Positions 14,922-18,312 of a DNA stretch of 18,312 nucleotides are shown piece after piece. Both the position numbers and the translations under genes were made by a program. This DNA is from an uncultured archaeon. GTDB taxonomy: Archaea; Thermoproteota; EX4484-205; JAAOZP01. Positions within the stretch are counted from its first letter, which is position 1, and each line of letters begins with the position of its first letter. The stretch spans positions 1 through 18,312 of the forward strand of contig CALIBN010000014.1 in the NCBI GenBank assembly GCA_938045545.1, written 5' to 3'. The notes under the pieces were generated by a model. It worked only from the letters and a program-made list of their open reading frames with translations, was not told the origin of the DNA and searched no databases.

Positions 14922-16103
14922 CTAATACTCAGCGACAAGCCATATGGTTGAACCCTTGGCCACACTTATCCTGAGCGTGCCAAGCGGGTTATCCAGGGTT
15001 CTCCAAGCGTGCTTAACCACTCTGAAAGCCTCCTCCACAAAATTCCCGTCCAAATGCTCCCTAAGGCTCACAGCCTGCTGAATCCTGACGGTCAGCGTTT
15101 TCCCAGACCGGCAAGACACCCCGAGGAAGACCCTCCTAGCCCCAAGAAGATCATAGAAAGGAGGATTCTTAACAGCCCTGTCGTCGAACACAAGCTTGTC
15201 GAACATCCTCCCATAGGTCTTGGCGTCGAAAATGTTGAAACCCGGCTCCCAGACCCAGATCTCATGCCTCCACTGCCTGCTGTAGTCTACGACTGGAAAC
15301 GGGGGCGCGTGCGACATGAAGAAGCTGAAGAGAACCTTAGGCTTACCGTCAGGGCCCGTTGTGAAAGAAGGATGGCCGAAGTTGCTGTAGCCGTCGTTGA
15401 AAGGAACGGGGAGGCTTGCGCTCAAACCCCTCACGTTGGGAGCAAGATAGGCTCCGCACATAGCTATTCGCGACCTCCAGTTCTGCCTGTCGGTGAAATA
15501 CTCGACTAAAACACCGAGCCTGTCGTTAACCCTGAAAGCATCTATGACATCGTTAGAATCCTCCCAGTTGGAGAAAACCATTTCTTCACCTAGCTCCAAA
15601 GCGTTCAAGTCGTCAACGCGTTTAACAAGCCTCCAGAGAACCCTGTCCCCCTTCGGATAGAATATTGCTGCATCCGGGTTCTGCTCGCTGTAATTACCCA
15701 TCAGGCTGAGGACGCCGGCTCCAGAATCCTGCATCCCGTCCAGAAGCTTTCTTGAACCAAGCTCCTTTAAACCCCTGTCGAAAAACCTGATTTGCAACGG
15801 GCCGCCTTCAGTCGTTAGAACGATGAAACCGTCCCCCCAAGGGTTGTAAATCGCGTTTACAGCGTCCCTCGTAGGCGGCGACGGCAAAATCTTCTTAATC
15901 CTACTCACCGCCATGTCTTTCTCAACCTCAGCGGAATAGACCTCTCTAGAGTTAGCGTTCCTCCAGCCGGTGAAGAAGAGAAGCCAGCCTCCCGTCTCAG
16001 GATCGTAAACCATTCTCGGAGTCCCAACGCCTCCTCCAATATCCGGAATGCTCTCCCTGTATCTTGAGGGAGTTATCAACGGATAGACTCTTCCAGCCGT
16101 CAC
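14922..16103 (-). CDS. Hypothetical protein, probable glycoside-hydrolase-like beta-propeller with a C-terminal beta-rich domain
   Basis: Blade-like repeats GTPRMVYDPETGGWLLFFTGW, AVNAIYNPWGDGFIVL and GHPSFTTGPDGKPKVLFSF. Transcribed divergently from anmK. Confidence 0.5.
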   Translation of the reverse strand: MTAGRVYPLITPSRYRESIPDIGGGVGTPRMVYDPETGGWLLFFTGWRNANSREVYSAEVEKDMAVSRIKKILPSPPTRDAVNAIYNPWGDGFIVLTTEGGPLQIRFFDRGLKELGSRKLLDGMQDSGAGVLSLMGNYSEQNPDAAIFYPKGDRVLWRLVKRVDDLNALELGEEMVFSNWEDSNDVIDAFRVNDRLGVLVEYFTDRQNWRSRIAMCGAYLAPNVRGLSASLPVPFNDGYSNFGHPSFTTGPDGKPKVLFSFFMSHAPPFPVVDYSRQWRHEIWVWEPGFNIFDAKTYGRMFDKLVFDDRAVKNPPFYDLLGARRVFLGVSCRSGKTLTVRIQQAVSLREHLDGNFVEEAFRVVKHAWRTLDNPLGTLRISVAKGSTIWLVAEY

Positions 16104-16191
16104 AACGCTTTAAGAAGCTTCCACCATATATAAAAATAGCGCCCAGAGCAATCCTAAGGTTAAAATATTTGGGAAAGGGCTCTAATACACT
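16104..16191. promoter_or_regulatory. Divergent promoter pair (propeller gene / anmK)
   Basis: Minus-strand TTTTATATA about 25 bp before GTG 16103, and plus-strand TTAAAATA (16160-16167) about 25 bp before ATG 16192. Confidence 0.55.
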
Positions 16192-17397
16192 ATGGGGCCT
16201 GGCCCGCTGGCGAGAAGGCTTGTCGACAAGATTTTTTCAGAGGAAAGGGTTGTGGCGGGACTCATGTCTGGAACAAGCGCTGACGGTGTTGACATAGTAG
16301 TCGCAAAGATAAGTGGCTTCGGAAGAGATATTGAGCACAAGGTTCTTCATAGGGAGACGGTTCCCTACCCTAGTGGGCTAAGGAGTTACATACTGGATTC
16401 TATTGAACAAGGCTCAGCCCGAGACATATGCCTCTTGAACTATCTCGTCTCTGAAGCATTCTCATACGCGTTGAAGAACTCTTTAGAGTGCTCAAACATC
16501 TCCCTGGACGAGGTTGACCTAATCGGGTCGCATGGCCAGACGTTGCATCATTTTCCAGAATACGCTTCCGCGGGAGGCTTTTCAAGCAGGTGTTCCCTTC
16601 AACTGGGTTCTGTCCAAGTCATAGCTGAGAGAACCGGCTTAATAACCATTGGAAACTTCAGGGTTAGGGATATTGCCGCAGGGGGGCAGGGAGCACCCAT
16701 AATAGCGTACGTGGATTACTCTCTCCTCTCAGACCCCGTGAAAGGGAGGCTTGTGCAGAACATTGGAGGCATAGCCAACGTGACGGTTCTTCCCGGAAAC
16801 CCTGAAATCAGCGACGTCTACGCTTTCGACACGGGTCCCGGAAACAGCCTGATAGACTTTACGGTTGGAACGCTTTACCCTGGTCTGTCCTACGACCCTG
16901 ATGGCGAGATTGCTTCCAAAGGGTCCTGCGATGAAGAAGTCTTAAGAGAGCTTATGGCCCACGAATACATCGCTAAGCCTCCTCCAAAAACCACTGGGAG
17001 AGAGGTTTTCAGCAGGTCTCTCGCGAAAAGGATTATTGAGAAGGGGCTTGGCAAAGGTTTGTCTAAGGAGGACCTGGTTGCCACCGTAACAATGTTCACT
17101 GTGAAAAGCATCGTTAAAAACTATGACCTCTTCATACTGCCGAAAACCAGGGTTGAAGAGGTTATTGTCGGCGGGGGAGGAGTTGGAAACAAGACGCTTA
17201 TGAAGCACTTCGAAGAAGAGTTGAGGGAAAGAGGCTTACGAATGCTTAGACACGAAGATGTGGGGATAGACTCGAAGATTAAGGAGGCTTTGGGAATGGC
17301 CATACTGGCTCACACAACCCTGAGCGGAGTTCCAAACAACATACCTGGGGCCACGGGGGCGGAGAAAAGCGTCGTCATGGGGGAGATAGCGCTATAA
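16192..17397 (+). CDS. anmK: Anhydro-N-acetylmuramic acid kinase family protein
   Basis: Motifs GLMSGTSADGVD, IGSHGQT, R.RDIAAGGQGAP, QNIGGIANVT, AFDTGPGN, PPKTTGREVF, GGGG..N, KEAL..A and GATGA. Confidence 0.93.
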   Translation: MGPGPLARRLVDKIFSEERVVAGLMSGTSADGVDIVVAKISGFGRDIEHKVLHRETVPYPSGLRSYILDSIEQGSARDICLLNYLVSEAFSYALKNSLECSNISLDEVDLIGSHGQTLHHFPEYASAGGFSSRCSLQLGSVQVIAERTGLITIGNFRVRDIAAGGQGAPIIAYVDYSLLSDPVKGRLVQNIGGIANVTVLPGNPEISDVYAFDTGPGNSLIDFTVGTLYPGLSYDPDGEIASKGSCDEEVLRELMAHEYIAKPPPKTTGREVFSRSLAKRIIEKGLGKGLSKEDLVATVTMFTVKSIVKNYDLFILPKTRVEEVIVGGGGVGNKTLMKHFEEELRERGLRMLRHEDVGIDSKIKEALGMAILAHTTLSGVPNNIPGATGAEKSVVMGEIAL

Positions 17398-18312
17398 GGA
17401 GGATACCAGCAGGTTGTGGAAAACAGGTCTAAACCTCATTATCCGAGTGTTCTCCCTGCTCGGGTGAACCCTGTTGCTTAAAAGGACGGCGACAATTCTC
17501 TGCTCAACATCTATGCATATCGAGGTGCCTGTGAAACCAGTGTGGCAGAAAGCCTTGCCATCCGTGAAAAGGTCTCCGAAAGCCTGTGTAACAGTCTTCC
17601 TGTAAACCTGCCAGCCCAGCCCGTAGCAGTACTCACCGTCTGCCCAGGGCCTGAGCATCGTCATCGCAGTAGCCTTTTTAACGAGAAGGTCGCTTTTACC
17701 CAAGTAGGATTGCAGGACCTCGTTCCCTATTAAAGCAACCTCCCTCGACACTGAGAATAACCCTGCGTGACCCGAGAGGCCCTCCAAAGCTCTAGCATTC
17801 TCATCGTGCACAATCCCCCTTAAGGGGAGGCCGGTTGCAGGATCGATTTCCGTTGACGCGATTTCGTTTTCCGTGAAACCATGGTTTAAAGGATTGTAAA
17901 CTGTTCTCCTTAAACCCAGAGGCTTCGCAACCAGTTTCTCGAAAAGACTGTCTATCTTCTCACCCGTGACATTCTCCATCAGTGCCGTAAGAACAATGTA
18001 GCCCAGGTCGCTGTAGACAACCCTTGAACCGGGAGGGCTGCTGATAAAAGACCTTGCAGCCTCCTCAAAAAGCTCCCTCCTACTGTTCTTGCCAAGCTTA
18101 TACAGGGGAGCCCACGCTGGGAGACCAGCGGAGTGGGAGAGCAGCATCCATATTTCAGTCTTGCTCTTTAAATCGTCTTGCCCCGCGTTAGTTACGGAGT
18201 ATTCTGGAAGAACTTCTGAAACCCTCTGCTTCAAATGCAGAAGACCCTCCTCCACAAGCTTAGCGACAATGATGGATGTGGCAAGGGGTTTAGTTAGTGA
18301 GGCGAGATCGTA
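17392..18312 (-). CDS. Serine hydrolase, beta-lactamase class C fold (AmiE-like); 5' end lies outside the window
   Basis: The frame is open to the window edge and reads YDLASLTK (SxxK), LLSHSAGL, YSDLGY, G.VHDENA, GHAGLFS, HTGFTGTS and LSNRVHP. The 18255 start in the ORF track is internal. Confidence 0.9.
   Translation of the reverse strand, partial: YDLASLTKPLATSIIVAKLVEEGLLHLKQRVSEVLPEYSVTNAGQDDLKSKTEIWMLLSHSAGLPAWAPLYKLGKNSRRELFEEAARSFISSPPGSRVVYSDLGYIVLTALMENVTGEKIDSLFEKLVAKPLGLRRTVYNPLNHGFTENEIASTEIDPATGLPLRGIVHDENARALEGLSGHAGLFSVSREVALIGNEVLQSYLGKSDLLVKKATAMTMLRPWADGEYCYGLGWQVYRKTVTQAFGDLFTDGKAFCHTGFTGTSICIDVEQRIVAVLLSNRVHPSRENTRIMRFRPVFHNLLVSSL

Noticed and set aside
14829-14924. About 30 open codons in frame after the TAG of the 393-aa ORF (possible pyrrolysine or readthrough)
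   Set aside because: Such a run is common by chance at this GC content, and there are no pyl genes or other support in the window.
188-17733. Numerous short ORFs in the track overlapping called genes (e.g. 5479-5886, 9631-10032, 13075-13533, 15009-15509)
   Set aside because: Antisense or alternate-frame shadows of well-supported genes, without motifs of their own.

Overview
Archaeal chromosomal window. The ribosomal protein L35Ae, BRE/TATA promoters about 25 bp upstream of start codons and a TackOD1-like protein suggest a TACK-group lineage (inference). From left to right it holds a protein-disulfide oxidoreductase, DUF763, an adenosine-binding DUF355 protein, a BadF-type sugar kinase and a TackOD1-like protein. 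Next come a decayed IS200/IS605 remnant that keeps an omega-RNA-like right end, DUF99, rpl35Ae and a conserved PD-(D/E)XK-fold protein. A complete hdrCBA-flxDCBA operon follows, whose HdrA carries a 532-aa LAGLIDADG intein, and then a beta-propeller protein, anmK and a partial beta-lactamase-fold serine hydrolase. The most striking unexplained signal is a ~172-nt intergenic rod-like hairpin (6765-6936, + strand). Counted by hand it has 49 Watson-Crick and 13 G-U pairs with one 1-nt bulge, plus an upstream TATA box inside a palindrome and a downstream oligo-T tract. It looks like an unannotated ncRNA gene. Other highlights are the intein placed inside the HdrA CxxC motif (possible redox-trapped splicing), the orphan TnpB omega-RNA, and peptidoglycan-recycling-type genes in an archaeon. 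All calls come from motif recognition and manual inspection; no database searches were run.
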